From Obrimoposthia wandeli (lineage: Eukaryota), in the NCBI GenBank assembly GCA_977020255.1, contig CDROCS010000506.1, positions 2,542,001 to 2,606,000 on the forward strand: a stretch of DNA of 64,000 bases, written 5' to 3'. The translations under genes and the position numbers were made by a program. The notes below the pieces were generated by a model. That model did not search any database. It was not told the DNA's origin and saw nothing but the letters and a program-made list of their open reading frames with translations. Of this stretch, positions 31,443 to 42,698 are shown piece after piece (position 1 is the stretch's first letter; every line of letters begins with the position of its first letter).

Positions 31443-31919
31443 ATGACAAATACAGTAAAAGTTTTCCTAGCAGATGAATCTGAAACCGTTGCTTTTGGTG
31501 CAAGCCTTGCGAGTGTATGTGATAGTGCAACGACCATTTTTTTACACGGTGATTTAGGTGCAGGTAAAACGACACTCAGCCGTGGTTTTGTACAAGCACT
31601 GGGTCATCAAGGCAATGTGAAAAGCCCTACTTATACATTAGTTGAACCGTATGAATTAGCGGATTGGAATGTCTATCACTTTGACTTATATCGTTTAGCC
31701 GATCCGGAAGAATTAGAATTCATGGGTATTCGTGACTATTTTACCGATAATTGCCTGTGTTTAGTTGAATGGCCGCAGCGTGGTGAAGGTTTCTTACCGG
31801 TAGAAGATTTAAAAATCACGCTTACTTATGTTGATGAGCAACGCGAAGTCGTTGTCGAAGGCATTAGTGAATTAGGTGCAACGCTGGTTAATAAACTTGC
31901 CAATATAATTGTAGGATAA
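31443..31919 (+). CDS. tsaE: t6A biosynthesis ATPase TsaE
   Basis: [34 protein letters not shown]. Confidence 0.98.
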   Translation: MTNTVKVFLADESETVAFGASLASVCDSATTIFLHGDLGAGKTTLSRGFVQALGHQGNVKSPTYTLVEPYELADWNVYHFDLYRLADPEELEFMGIRDYFTDNCLCLVEWPQRGEGFLPVEDLKITLTYVDEQREVVVEGISELGATLVNKLANIIVG

Positions 31920-31920
31920 G

Positions 31921-33282
31921 ATGTTAAAACGGATTTTATTATTAAGCATAGTTTACCTGTGCTTTATGCCATTAAGTTATGCTGCGAACTCGGTTACGGG
32001 TATTCGAATTGTTGAGCATGCGGATAAAACACGAATTGTTTTTGATGTGGCAAAAAAGCCGTTATTTAACCTCTATGATCGCCATAAAAAAACACAAATT
32101 GTGGTGGATTTTGCTGGTACGCGTAACCTTGCCAATATCAGTCGACTGGCTAAACTAAGCAGTAATATTACGCGTGTTGAGCAGGCTAAATCTGCTAAAT
32201 CGAGTGACTTGCGGATTATTTTTCACTTGGCTCAACCGATTCATTATCGATTCTTTGAATTAGCGGGCAGCAAAACGACTAAAAACAGGATCGTGATTGA
32301 TTTACCCGTCAAGCCGAATAAGTCTGTTGCGAAGACCAACAAGCCTGTCGTGAAGCAAAGCAATCCGATCATCGTCAAAAAACCAGCTAAAAAAGCGGTG
32401 GTTAAGCACCCACGAAGAGATGTGGTCATTGCGATTGATGCCGGACACGGTGGTAAAGATCCCGGTTCTATTGGCTTTAAAAAGTTTGTTGAAAAAGACA
32501 TTAATTTAGCGATTGCTAAAAAGACTGTGGCGATTTTAAATCAGAAAAAAGGCATTAAAGCGGTATTGATCCGTAAAGATGATCGCTATATTTCACTTAA
32601 CGAACGTTCTGCTATTGCCCGTAAATACAAAGCTGAATTGTTAGTCTCTGTGCATGCCGATGGTTTTACCTCATCAAAGCCTTCAGGCGCATCAACGCTG
32701 ATCTTATCGCAAGGTCGGGCGAATTATGAATTTAAGAAAAATCTGCGTAATGATAATGTCGATGGCTTGTTAGGCGGAGTGGGCGACGCAATTAAAAATA
32801 GCGATGCGGATGATGATTTGCAGTACATGTTCCTTGATCTTGGTCAGCAATATTCTCAAGGTGCAGGGTATAACGTCGCGTCATTAATCCATCATGAACT
32901 CGCTAAAGTGACGGGCATGCATAAATCTAAACCGTACGAGCAAAGTTTGGCGGTATTAAAGTCGCTGGATATACCTTCACTCTTGGTGGAAGCGGGTTTT
33001 GTCACCAACTATCGAGAAGGTAAGAAGTTAACCACGAGCAGTCACCAATATAAAATTGCTAACGCCATTGCTCAAGGGAGCTATTTGCATTTCCGTAATG
33101 CCCCACCAAAAGATACTTACTTGGCGTATATGCGCAATAGTATTCACGTGGTTAAAAAAGGAGACTCATTGTCTGTCATTGCGAACAGTTATGGCACATC
33201 AGTGACAAGCATCAAGCAGTTAAATAATTTAACCAAGAATACCGTGTTTATTGGCCAAAAATTGAAAATACCAACGAGTTAG
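31921..33282 (+). CDS. amiB: N-acetylmuramoyl-L-alanine amidase AmiB (AMIN + amidase_3 + LysM)
   Basis: IDAGHGGKDPGS, SVHADG, PSLLVEAGF, C-terminal HVVKKGDSLS LysM; conserved operon position. Confidence 0.92.
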   Translation: MLKRILLLSIVYLCFMPLSYAANSVTGIRIVEHADKTRIVFDVAKKPLFNLYDRHKKTQIVVDFAGTRNLANISRLAKLSSNITRVEQAKSAKSSDLRIIFHLAQPIHYRFFELAGSKTTKNRIVIDLPVKPNKSVAKTNKPVVKQSNPIIVKKPAKKAVVKHPRRDVVIAIDAGHGGKDPGSIGFKKFVEKDINLAIAKKTVAILNQKKGIKAVLIRKDDRYISLNERSAIARKYKAELLVSVHADGFTSSKPSGASTLILSQGRANYEFKKNLRNDNVDGLLGGVGDAIKNSDADDDLQYMFLDLGQQYSQGAGYNVASLIHHELAKVTGMHKSKPYEQSLAVLKSLDIPSLLVEAGFVTNYREGKKLTTSSHQYKIANAIAQGSYLHFRNAPPKDTYLAYMRNSIHVVKKGDSLSVIANSYGTSVTSIKQLNNLTKNTVFIGQKLKIPTS

Positions 33283-33289
33283 GTGTGTC

Positions 33290-35323
33290 ATGACAATTCA
33301 AATTTTACCGCCCCGATTAGCGAACCAAATTGCAGCAGGTGAAGTGGTTGAACGCCCTTCATCAGTAGTAAAAGAGCTTGTTGAGAATAGTATTGATGCG
33401 GGTGCTACCCGTATCGACATTGATATTGATAAGGGGGGCGCTAAGCTGATCCGTATCCGTGATAATGGTTCTGGCGTCGATAAAGATCAATTAGGTCTGG
33501 CATTAAGCCGTCATGCAACCAGTAAACTTGCCACGTTAGATGACCTTGAAGCGATTGATAGTCTTGGTTTTCGTGGTGAAGCGTTAGCGAGTATTAGTTC
33601 TGTTTCTCGATTAACATTTACCTCGCGTACCAAAGATCAAACTGAAGCATGGCAAGCCTATGCGGAAGGACGTGATATGCAAGTACAGGTGAAACCTGCT
33701 GCACATCCGATTGGTACGACTGTTGAAGTGATTGATTTATTCTTTAATACGCCAGCCCGTCGTAAGTTCTTACGCACTGATAAAACTGAATTTAATCATA
33801 TCGATGAATTGGTTAAGCGTATTGCGTTAAGCCGTTTTGATTTACAGATCACGCTTAAGCACAACGGTAAAGTGATCCGTACTTATCGACCTGCGAAAAC
33901 GGTAGAGCAACAAGAACGTCGTGTCGCTAGTATTACTAGCAACAACTTCATGGCTAATTGCATGGCGTTGAATTGCGAACATGATGATATTAAATTATGG
34001 GGCTGGGTTGGCTTACCGCATGATAACGCACCTATGGATGTGCAGTACAGCTACGTGAATGGCCGTATGATGCGTGATAAGCTGATTAATCATGCCTTAC
34101 GTCAAGCTTATGAAGAAGCAACTGGTATCGCTGCGCCACCGGCTTATGTACTATTTATCGAAGTGTCGGTCCGCGAAGTCGATGTCAATGTGCATCCAGC
34201 TAAACATGAAGTGCGTTTTCATCAAGCGCGACTGGTGCATGATTTTATTTTCCAAGGTGTGTTTAAAGCTATTTCGGAAGGCATTAGTCCTTCGATGCCT
34301 GCTGCTGATTTACCGGGTCAAGAAACAATAACTTATCCTGGGCAAGTCGAACCATCTGCAAATCAGCCTGTAAGTTCTCATGCTGTGGAAGATTCGGCTC
34401 AAATGGGGTTTGTCGCTCACAGTGCGGACAACGGTGCGAGAGCTAATACCAGTACCAGTGCCTATGTTGGTCATGCGCCGATGCAAAAACAACACGGTTA
34501 CGGTGTAACCGATGCTGGTAGTGGTAATGCCAAGTCACCAGGTTATGCAGCGCCACGATATATTTCAGATGCACCCTCAGCAGGTGCTATCAAGCAATAT
34601 AATCATTTGTTACAACCGACTAAGGCCGAAATCGCTGAATTGCAGCAAGCGTCTAGACATGATTCGTTCACAAATAGTGCTGCAGTAAATACCAATCAAG
34701 GGCGTCAAACGAGTGCTAATAGACAAGCGAACGAGCAGCCTGTTACACGTGTAAAACTGCTCAGTTTACTCGAAGATAATTACTTATTAGTGCAAGATGA
34801 TGATGCCTTATTACTCGCCGATGTTCGCGCTATGTGGCAAGTAAACTGTAAAATGCAATTACTATCGACGTGGGAACAAGGGGTTATATCGCAGCCGCTG
34901 TTATTACCTATATCGATTAAATTAGACAAAAACTTTGTTGAAACTGCAAAAAATCAGCAAAATTTGCTTAATCGCCTTGGCTTGGAGTTGAATTATAGTA
35001 ATTCCGCCACCATTATCGTTAGAAAGGTACCAGCACAATTACGCCAAGCGAACTTATCTGCTGTGTTGCCTGAGTTATTGCAACAGATAGTCCATCTATC
35101 AGAACAGGCTAACGTCTCTGATGTTGCGCCCTTGTGTTATTGGCTTGCAATACAAGGTAGTCACGGATTGACCAAATTTACTTGGGAACAAGCGACTCAA
35201 ATATATAGCCAATTTATCGAGCAAGATAGCTGTGTACAACAGCAATATCGTTCTAAACTATTTGAGAAACTTGACTATATGTCTGTAATAGAGAAATTTA
35301 ATGTCTGTAATAGAGAGGCTTAA
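33290..35323 (+). CDS. mutL: DNA mismatch repair protein MutL
   Basis: [43 protein letters not shown]. Confidence 0.98.
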   Translation: MTIQILPPRLANQIAAGEVVERPSSVVKELVENSIDAGATRIDIDIDKGGAKLIRIRDNGSGVDKDQLGLALSRHATSKLATLDDLEAIDSLGFRGEALASISSVSRLTFTSRTKDQTEAWQAYAEGRDMQVQVKPAAHPIGTTVEVIDLFFNTPARRKFLRTDKTEFNHIDELVKRIALSRFDLQITLKHNGKVIRTYRPAKTVEQQERRVASITSNNFMANCMALNCEHDDIKLWGWVGLPHDNAPMDVQYSYVNGRMMRDKLINHALRQAYEEATGIAAPPAYVLFIEVSVREVDVNVHPAKHEVRFHQARLVHDFIFQGVFKAISEGISPSMPAADLPGQETITYPGQVEPSANQPVSSHAVEDSAQMGFVAHSADNGARANTSTSAYVGHAPMQKQHGYGVTDAGSGNAKSPGYAAPRYISDAPSAGAIKQYNHLLQPTKAEIAELQQASRHDSFTNSAAVNTNQGRQTSANRQANEQPVTRVKLLSLLEDNYLLVQDDDALLLADVRAMWQVNCKMQLLSTWEQGVISQPLLLPISIKLDKNFVETAKNQQNLLNRLGLELNYSNSATIIVRKVPAQLRQANLSAVLPELLQQIVHLSEQANVSDVAPLCYWLAIQGSHGLTKFTWEQATQIYSQFIEQDSCVQQQYRSKLFEKLDYMSVIEKFNVCNREA

Positions 35324-35325
35324 CT

Positions 35326-36261
35326 GTGACTCAACAGCAAACTAAACCATTACCAAAAGCTATTTTTTTAATGGGGCCAACGGCATCAGGTAAAACTGAT
35401 CTTGCTATTGAGTTAACAAAAAACCTGCCATGTGAAATTATCAGCGTAGATTCCGCGTTAATTTATAAAGGTATGGATATTGGTAGTGCGAAACCGACCG
35501 CGGCAGAACTTGCCGAGGCGCCGCATCACTTAATTGATATTATTGATCCGGCAATGAGTTATTCCGCGGCTGATTTTCGTGAAGATGCATTAAAACATAT
35601 GCAAGCGATCACAGATGCAGGAAAAATACCGCTACTTGTTGGCGGCACTATGCTTTATTTTAAAGTACTGCTTGAAGGTTTATCGCCTATGCCAACTTCT
35701 GTACCAGAGGTGAGACAGGGCATTGAAGCGGAAGCAAAATTACGTGGTTGGGAATCATTACATCAAGAATTAGCTTTGTATGATCCTGAGTCAGCCGCAA
35801 GATTACATCACAATGATGCGCAACGTGTTTGTCGTGCCATTGAAGTATATCGCTTAACGGGTAAATCATTAACCGAGCTTACGCAGCAAAAAGGCGAACC
35901 ATTACCATATGATGTGACGCAGTTTGCGATTGCACCAACCGATAAAGCGGTATTACATGAACGTATTGAACGCCGTTTTAAGTTGATGGTAGACGCTGGG
36001 TTTGAAAATGAAGTTAAAGCGCTATATCAACGTGAAGATTTGAACCTTGATTTACCGTCGATGCGTTGTGTCGGCTATCGCCAAATGTGGGAATACCTCG
36101 ATGGCAAAATGGACCATGATGAAATGGTGTTCCGTGGCGTTGTGGCGACAAGACAGTTAGCAAAGCGTCAAATGACGTGGTTAAAAAGTTGGAACGATCT
36201 AACGTGGTTAGACTCCAAAGCAGATGACAATTTAGAAAAAGTTTTATTATCAGTTGGCTAG
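35326..36261 (+). CDS. miaA: tRNA dimethylallyltransferase
   Basis: [42 protein letters not shown]. Confidence 0.98.
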   Translation: MTQQQTKPLPKAIFLMGPTASGKTDLAIELTKNLPCEIISVDSALIYKGMDIGSAKPTAAELAEAPHHLIDIIDPAMSYSAADFREDALKHMQAITDAGKIPLLVGGTMLYFKVLLEGLSPMPTSVPEVRQGIEAEAKLRGWESLHQELALYDPESAARLHHNDAQRVCRAIEVYRLTGKSLTELTQQKGEPLPYDVTQFAIAPTDKAVLHERIERRFKLMVDAGFENEVKALYQREDLNLDLPSMRCVGYRQMWEYLDGKMDHDEMVFRGVVATRQLAKRQMTWLKSWNDLTWLDSKADDNLEKVLLSVG

Positions 36262-36345
36262 AGTCTATTTTTAAGTTGTATACTGATAATTATTGGTTAT
36301 GTTTTTCATTATAATAAAAATCTAATTTTTAAAAGGAAACTATTA

Positions 36346-36588
36346 ATGGCTAAGGGACAATCATTGCAGGACCCGTTTTTGAATGCATTACGTCGCGAAC
36401 GGATCCCTGTGGCAATTTATTTAGTTAATGGCATTAAGTTACAAGGCCAAATTGAGTCATTTGACCAATTCGTTATCTTACTCAAAAACACAGTTAGCCA
36501 AATGGTTTATAAGCATGCAATTTCAACGGTTGTTCCGGCGCGTCCGTTACAACATGGAATTCAAGCTGAAGGCGAAAGTGATAAATAA
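36346..36588 (+). CDS. hfq: RNA chaperone Hfq
   Basis: [22 protein letters not shown]...[11 protein letters not shown]; short C-terminal tail (80 aa). Confidence 0.99.
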   Translation: MAKGQSLQDPFLNALRRERIPVAIYLVNGIKLQGQIESFDQFVILLKNTVSQMVYKHAISTVVPARPLQHGIQAEGESDK

Positions 36589-36641
36589 TTAGTTGAAATT
36601 TAATACAATAAAACTTGTGAGTCATATACTCATAGGGAGTC

Positions 36642-37937
36642 GTGAATTTGTTTGATCGCCATGAAGCAGGTGAACGTGCCATATTAGTGCATGTTAACTT
36701 TAATGATGAAGGTAACCGAGAAGATCTGCATGAATTAGAAATGCTGGTTTCCTCTGCGGGTGTTGATGCGTTAGCTGTGATAACAGGTTCACGTACCAGA
36801 CCACACCCTAAATATTTTGTTGGTTCAGGTAAAGCTGAAGAAATTGCTGAAGCTGTAAAGCTTTATCAAGCAGATATTGTTATCTTTAACCATGCCTTAG
36901 CACCACGTCAAGAACGTAACTTAGAAGCGTTAATTGAATGTCGTGTTGTTGATCGTACAGGCTTGATTTTAGATATATTTTCACAACGAGCACGTACTCA
37001 CGAAGGTAAGTTACAGGTTGAGTTAGCACAGCTGCGCCACATGTCGACCCGATTAATTCGTGGTTGGACGCATTTAGAACGCCAAAAAGGCGGTATCGGT
37101 ATGCGTGGTCCAGGTGAAACTCAACTAGAAACGGATCGTCGTTTATTACGTGTCCGTATCGACACTATTTTACGTCGTTTAGACAAAGTTGTGACGAAAC
37201 GTGATCAAGGTCGTCGTTCACGTAAGCGTCGTGAAATACCGACAATTTCGTTAGTGGGTTATACTAATGCTGGTAAATCAACATTGTTTAATCGTTTAAC
37301 TAATTCTGAGGTGTATGCGGCTGACCAATTATTTGCGACACTTGATCCCACATTACGCCGTATTGCGGTTGCTGATGTTGGTGAAGTGGTATTAGCGGAT
37401 ACGGTTGGTTTTATCCGTCATTTACCACATGATTTAGTTGCCGCTTTTAAGGCGACTTTAACGGAAACACGAGAAGCAGATCTACTTTTACATGTAATTG
37501 ATTGTGCAGATGAAAATATGCGCGGTAATATCATGGAAGTAAATTCAGTTCTCACCGAAATTGAAGCGGGTGAAGTTCCTGCTTTAATGGTGTATAACAA
37601 AGTTGATAAGCTTGATGATGGTCGTTGTCGTATTGATTACGATGATGAAGGTAAGCCTGTTAACGTATGGTTATCAGCAATGTCAGGCGAAGGTACAGAC
37701 TTTTTATACCAAGCTCTAACTGAATTGTTGGCAACGACCATGAAAGTGGTCAAACTACAGTTACCTGCAATGCAGGGCAATATCGTAAGTCATCTCTATA
37801 ATCTCGATTGTATTGAGCATGAAGCATTTGCTGAAAATGGTGACTGGCTACTCGACATTAGAATGACTATGATTGATTGGCAACGTTTGAAAAAACATAA
37901 ATGTAATAACATTGAAGATTTTATCCTTCAGCAGTAG
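36642..37937 (+). CDS. hflX: ribosome rescue GTPase HflX
   Basis: GPGETQLETDRR, VGYTNAGKSTLFN, LFATLDPT, DTVGF. Start may be TTG 36648. Confidence 0.98.
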   Translation: MNLFDRHEAGERAILVHVNFNDEGNREDLHELEMLVSSAGVDALAVITGSRTRPHPKYFVGSGKAEEIAEAVKLYQADIVIFNHALAPRQERNLEALIECRVVDRTGLILDIFSQRARTHEGKLQVELAQLRHMSTRLIRGWTHLERQKGGIGMRGPGETQLETDRRLLRVRIDTILRRLDKVVTKRDQGRRSRKRREIPTISLVGYTNAGKSTLFNRLTNSEVYAADQLFATLDPTLRRIAVADVGEVVLADTVGFIRHLPHDLVAAFKATLTETREADLLLHVIDCADENMRGNIMEVNSVLTEIEAGEVPALMVYNKVDKLDDGRCRIDYDDEGKPVNVWLSAMSGEGTDFLYQALTELLATTMKVVKLQLPAMQGNIVSHLYNLDCIEHEAFAENGDWLLDIRMTMIDWQRLKKHKCNNIEDFILQQ

Positions 37938-37986
37938 GCTGATATCATTAATATTTTCCCGAAACTATCTGGTAATGGAGATGCAA

Positions 37987-39150
37987 ATGGCTTGGAATGA
38001 GCCCGGAAATGGCGGTAATAAAGATCGCGACCCTTGGGGACAAAAAGGTAAAGAGCAGGGACCCCCTGATCTTGACGAAGTATTTAAAAAGCTAACCAGC
38101 AAGTTCGGTGGCGGCAAAGGCGGCAAGTTTTCAGGTGGTGCTAACTTTAATAAAGTTGGTGTTTCTCTGGTACTCGGTGTACTTGCAGTTATCTGGGTTG
38201 TTAGTGGTTTCTATACGATCAAAGAAGCTGAACGTGGCGTAGTATTACGTTTCGGTCAATATTCTCAAACTGTTGAACCGGGTTTATCTTGGTTACCAAC
38301 GTTTGTTGATCGCGTGATCCCTGTTGACATAAAGAGTATTCGCTCTATGCCAGCATCTGGTTCAATGTTAACTAAAGATGAAAACGTTGTTGATGTAAAA
38401 ATGGATATTCAATATCTGGTTATCAACCCACGTAATTATTTATTTAGTGTAACAAATCCGGATGATAGCTTACATCAAGCTATCGACAGTGCATTACGTT
38501 TTGTTGTCGGTCATACGACAATGGATGACGTGATCACGACGGGTCGTGAAGTGGTACGCCAAAGTACTCGTGAAAACATTGAAACGATTATTGATGCTTA
38601 CGATATGGGTATCCAGCTTGTTGACGTCAACTTCTTGTCTGCACGTCCACCGGAAGCAGTTAAAGATGCATTCGATGATGCGATTGCAGCACAAGAAGAT
38701 GAACAACGTTATATTCGTGAAGCTGAAGCGTATGCACGTGCTATTGAACCATCTGCACGTGGTCAAGTGAAACGTATTGAGCAAGAAGCTGAAGCTTATC
38801 AACAACAAGTTTCGCTAAAAGCACAAGGTGAAGTTGCTCGTTTCGAAAGTCTATTGCCACAGTATAATCTTGCGCCTGAAGTAACGCGTCAACGTTTATA
38901 TCTAGAAACAATGGAAGAAGTTTATTCAAATACAACGAAAGTTGTGGTTGATACTAAAGGTACTGGCAACATGCTTTATCTACCATTAGATAAGATCATG
39001 AGCGCTAACGCGACTGAAGCTAAACCGGCTCGTTCGGAAAGCTCAGTATCAGCACCGCAACAACCAGCGAAATCTAATAACCGTTATCAGTATCCAGATA
39101 CGAATAATACTAATGTTCGTCCTGATCGTTATAACACAGGGAGAAACTAA
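37987..39150 (+). CDS. hflK: FtsH modulator HflK
   Basis: MAWNEPG...DPWG...GPPDLDE. True start is 37987; the track start at 37912 is an overlap artefact. Confidence 0.97.
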   Translation: MAWNEPGNGGNKDRDPWGQKGKEQGPPDLDEVFKKLTSKFGGGKGGKFSGGANFNKVGVSLVLGVLAVIWVVSGFYTIKEAERGVVLRFGQYSQTVEPGLSWLPTFVDRVIPVDIKSIRSMPASGSMLTKDENVVDVKMDIQYLVINPRNYLFSVTNPDDSLHQAIDSALRFVVGHTTMDDVITTGREVVRQSTRENIETIIDAYDMGIQLVDVNFLSARPPEAVKDAFDDAIAAQEDEQRYIREAEAYARAIEPSARGQVKRIEQEAEAYQQQVSLKAQGEVARFESLLPQYNLAPEVTRQRLYLETMEEVYSNTTKVVVDTKGTGNMLYLPLDKIMSANATEAKPARSESSVSAPQQPAKSNNRYQYPDTNNTNVRPDRYNTGRN

Positions 39151-39153
39151 GCT

Positions 39154-40029
39154 ATGAATCAATTAAAAGCAGTTATTTTAGTACTTGTGCTATTACTTGG
39201 TTTTTCGTCTTTCTTTGTGGTTAACGAAGGTGAACGTGCGCTAGTAGTTCGTTTTGGTAAAGTACTTAAAACCGGTGAAGAAGCGAAGGTTTACCTTCCT
39301 GGTCTAAACTTTAAAGTACCATTTATCGATTCAATTCGTGTGTTAAGCTCACGCTTACAAACGCTTGATGGTCTTGCTGACCGTTTCGTTACGTCTGAAA
39401 AGAAAGATTTAATTATCGATTCTTACGTTAAATGGCGTATTGGAGACTTTGAGAAGTTTTACCTTGCAACCAATGGCGGTAATTTCTTACAAGCTGAGTC
39501 TTTATTATCACGTAAAATTACCAATGGTCTACGTAATGAGATTGGTAATCGCACCATTAAAGATATCGTTTCTGGTGAACGTGGCGAAGTGATGGAAGAT
39601 GCACTAAAACGTATGGCTCGTTCATCTGAGTTAGGTATTTTGGTTGAAGATGTACGCATCAAGCAAATCAATTTACCTGAGGAAGTAAGTAACAGTATCT
39701 TCCAACGTATGAGTGCAGAGCGTCACGCAGTAGCGAAAGAGCATCGTGCGCAAGGTTATGAGCAAGCTGAAATCATCAAAGCATCTGTTGACGCTAAAGT
39801 AACAGTAATGCTAGCTGATGCTAACCGTCAAGCACGTCAATTACGTGGTGAAGGTGATGCTCGAGCTGCGAAGATTTATGCAGATTCATATAACAAAGAT
39901 GTTGAATTTTATAACTTCTTACGTAGCTTACAAGCTTACACTAAGAGTTTTAGTAACAAATCTGATGTATTAGTTATCTCTCCTGAGAGCGATTTCTTCG
40001 ATTACATGAAAGGCGTTTCTTTAAAATAA
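39154..40029 (+). CDS. hflC: FtsH modulator HflC
   Basis: SPFH domain: GLNFKVPFID, DRFVTSEKKDLIIDSYVKWRI, FYNFLRSLQAY. Confidence 0.97.
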   Translation: MNQLKAVILVLVLLLGFSSFFVVNEGERALVVRFGKVLKTGEEAKVYLPGLNFKVPFIDSIRVLSSRLQTLDGLADRFVTSEKKDLIIDSYVKWRIGDFEKFYLATNGGNFLQAESLLSRKITNGLRNEIGNRTIKDIVSGERGEVMEDALKRMARSSELGILVEDVRIKQINLPEEVSNSIFQRMSAERHAVAKEHRAQGYEQAEIIKASVDAKVTVMLADANRQARQLRGEGDARAAKIYADSYNKDVEFYNFLRSLQAYTKSFSNKSDVLVISPESDFFDYMKGVSLK

Positions 40030-40051
40030 GCATTGTTTGTCAATGAATAAC

Positions 40052-40092
40052 AAAAAGGCCACTGCAATCTTGGATTGCAGCGGCCTTTTTTT
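40052..40092. terminator. bidirectional terminator (hflC / fldB)
   Basis: AAAAAGGCC a CTGCAATC tt GGATTGCAG c GGCCTTTTTTT. Confidence 0.88.
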
Positions 40093-40148
40093 ATCTTGTT
40101 CACTTTTTATGATGCCATGTGTAACGGTTGTCGTGTCATTTTAAAAAG

Positions 40149-40670
40149 TTATGAGAAGTCTGCAGCAAGTTCTTCGAGTACTTGTAATGTCCAAGTCGCA
40201 ATACGTTCATCAGTCTGATCGTATTGGCTGTCTTCATCTAGGGCGAGACCGAAAAATTGGCTTTCATCTTCCGTTAATGCTTTTGAAGCGACGAATTCAT
40301 AGCCTTGGTTTGGCCATTGACCGATAAAGTGAATGCCCTTGCCTTGTAGTTCGTCAAATAGCATACCCATTGCATCGAGGAACCATTCGCTATAATTCAC
40401 TTGATCGCCAAGACCAAATAGCGCGACTGTTTTACCTGCTAGGTCAATGCCTGCTATATCAGACCAAAGATCACCCCAGTCTTCTTGAAGTTCACCGTAA
40501 TCCCAAGTTGAGATCCCAAATATAACTACATCATAATTTTCGATATCGGTAAAACCATTGTCTTTTATGTCATGTAAGTCGACAAGTTCGGTACCTATTT
40601 CAGCTTGGATCTTTTCCGCCGCTATCGTGGTATAAAAAGTAGTGGAGCCGTAATATAAACCGATTTTCAT
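40149..40670 (-). CDS. fldB: flavodoxin FldB
   Basis: MKIGLYYGSTT, GISTWDYGELQEDW, FGLGDQ, GLALDED; divergent from xerD. Confidence 0.93.
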   Translation of the reverse strand: MKIGLYYGSTTFYTTIAAEKIQAEIGTELVDLHDIKDNGFTDIENYDVVIFGISTWDYGELQEDWGDLWSDIAGIDLAGKTVALFGLGDQVNYSEWFLDAMGMLFDELQGKGIHFIGQWPNQGYEFVASKALTEDESQFFGLALDEDSQYDQTDERIATWTLQVLEELAADFS

Positions 40671-40864
40671 TATCTACATCCAAAGACTGAGTTGCTAGTT
40701 ATGTTATGTGCTAACTGTGATTAGAGCGTTTGTTGCACATTATCCGCGCATTATTTTTATATAGTAACATGAGATAATTGTACTATAATCCATGTTTATT
40801 TATACAGTGTTGTTATACTAATGAAATGACGACCACAATCGTAATCGCAGCATAGGGCACACGC

Positions 40865-41755
40865 TTGGAAAAGATTGAAATAATAGAACAGTTTTTAGAT
40901 GTTATGTGGCACGAACGCGGACTATCAGACAATACCCTGATGTCTTACCGTAATGACCTAAACCAATATCATCACTGGCTAGTACAGCATAAGCAGCAAT
41001 TATTAACGGTCGACCGCCTTGAGATCCAAGCGTTCATGGCTAGCCGCTTTGATTTAGGTTACAAAGCCAGTAGTACAGCGCGTCAATTAAGTGCTATACG
41101 TCGCCTTTATCAATATTTCTATCGTGAACAGTTACGTGATGATGATCCAACTGCGCTGCTTATTAGTCCTAAATTACCGCAGCGCTTACCGGGTAATTTA
41201 TCGGAAGCGGAAGTGGATGCATTACTGTCTGCGCCTGAACTCGATGATCCGATCCAATTACGTGATAAAGCCATGATGGAGTTACTCTATGCAACAGGCT
41301 TACGTGTATCTGAATTAGTGGGTTTGAGCATGGAATCGATGAGCTTACGCCAAGGGTTGGTACGCGTCACGGGTAAGGGCGGTAAAGAACGTTTAGTACC
41401 AATGGGTGAAGAAGCCGTATATTGGACGGAACGCTTTATTGATGAATCACGCGCGACCTTATTAAAAGGCTTAACGTCTGATGTGGTATTCCCATCACGA
41501 CGTGGTAATTTTATGACCAGGCAGACTTTCTGGCATCGACTTAAGCATTATTCACAAGTTGCAGGGATCACCACGCATTTATCTCCGCACACGTTACGCC
41601 ATGCCTTTGCTACACACTTGCTGAACTATGGCGCGGACTTACGTGTGGTACAGATGTTATTGGGGCACAGTGATTTATCGACTACGCAAATTTACACTCA
41701 TGTCGCGACTGCGCGATTAGAGCAACTGCATAGTGAGCATCATCCACGCGCCTAG
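40865..41755 (+). CDS. xerD: tyrosine recombinase XerD
   Basis: LYATGLRVSEL, HTLRHAFATHLL, LLGHSDLSTTQIYTHV; followed by dsbC-recJ. TTG start. Confidence 0.97.
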   Translation: MEKIEIIEQFLDVMWHERGLSDNTLMSYRNDLNQYHHWLVQHKQQLLTVDRLEIQAFMASRFDLGYKASSTARQLSAIRRLYQYFYREQLRDDDPTALLISPKLPQRLPGNLSEAEVDALLSAPELDDPIQLRDKAMMELLYATGLRVSELVGLSMESMSLRQGLVRVTGKGGKERLVPMGEEAVYWTERFIDESRATLLKGLTSDVVFPSRRGNFMTRQTFWHRLKHYSQVAGITTHLSPHTLRHAFATHLLNYGADLRVVQMLLGHSDLSTTQIYTHVATARLEQLHSEHHPRA

Positions 41756-41864
41756 CTGCGTTGATGCTCACTATTGGTCAGGATTTAAGGCTAGTGATAA
41801 ATAATTAATTCTGTTAATTTATCACTATAGATATCCATTAAGGATAACAGCGGAGACAAATCAG

Positions 41865-42698
41865 ATGTTAAAGAAAGTATTAATTACAGCAATTGCGGCA
41901 GGCCTTGTAGGCAGCTTTGTGTTTGGAATAAACAGTGCGCCGGAGCAAGTCGCACAAACACAAGCTTCATCAATACAAGATACTGCGGTGCAGACTGTTG
42001 CGGCTAAAACTGCAGGTGCTGATTTATCAGCTAAGCTATCACCTGAACACCAAGATATTTCACGTTTACTTGCTGAAAAACTTAACTTTAAAGTATCAAG
42101 CGTGAGCGATAGTGTGCTCCCTGGATTATTTGAAGTAGTGACCGAACAAGGTATCTTCTACGTTAATGCTGATGCGTCTAACCTTATTCAAGGTTCACTT
42201 TATCAAGTGAGTGATGCCGGTGTTGTCGATCTGACTGAACAGGCGATGGGTAAAGTGCGCAAACAAGCAATACAAGCGCTTGCGAGTGAGACGATAAATT
42301 ACCCTGCTGAAAATGAAAAATACAGCATCACTGTATTCACTGATATTAACTGTGGTTATTGCCGTAAGTTACACAATGAAGTAGCGCAGCTTAATAAAAT
42401 GGGTGTTAGCGTTAAATATCTGGCTTTCCCACGTGGTGGCTTGAACTCTGCTACGTACCAAGACATGGCATCAATTTGGTGTGCTGAAGATAAAGCCGAA
42501 GCGATGAATAATGCTAAACGTGGTGGTAAAGTTGTACCTGAAATGTGTACGAATACGGTTGCAAAGCAATATGAGCTAGGTCGTCGCTTAGGCGTTACGG
42601 GAACACCTGCTATTGTATTTGATAATGGCCAGATGCAACCGGGTTATGTCCCTGCTGCCCAGCTTGTTGGTATTCTAGAAAAGATGGATAAATCTTGA
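41865..42698 (+). CDS. dsbC: disulfide isomerase DsbC
   Basis: FTDINCGYCRKLH, AFPRGG, GVTGTPAIV. Confidence 0.95.
   Translation: MLKKVLITAIAAGLVGSFVFGINSAPEQVAQTQASSIQDTAVQTVAAKTAGADLSAKLSPEHQDISRLLAEKLNFKVSSVSDSVLPGLFEVVTEQGIFYVNADASNLIQGSLYQVSDAGVVDLTEQAMGKVRKQAIQALASETINYPAENEKYSITVFTDINCGYCRKLHNEVAQLNKMGVSVKYLAFPRGGLNSATYQDMASIWCAEDKAEAMNNAKRGGKVVPEMCTNTVAKQYELGRRLGVTGTPAIVFDNGQMQPGYVPAAQLVGILEKMDKS

Noticed and set aside
37912-37986. N-terminal extensions of hflK; likewise groES (1484), rseB (54956), pdxJ (61793) and ydhR (63474)
   Set aside because: Homology and RBS position place the real starts downstream; the extensions are artefacts of longest-ORF calling.
40865-41755. Tyrosine recombinase as a sign of a mobile element
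   Set aside because: It is housekeeping XerD in the conserved fldB-xerD-dsbC-recJ context.
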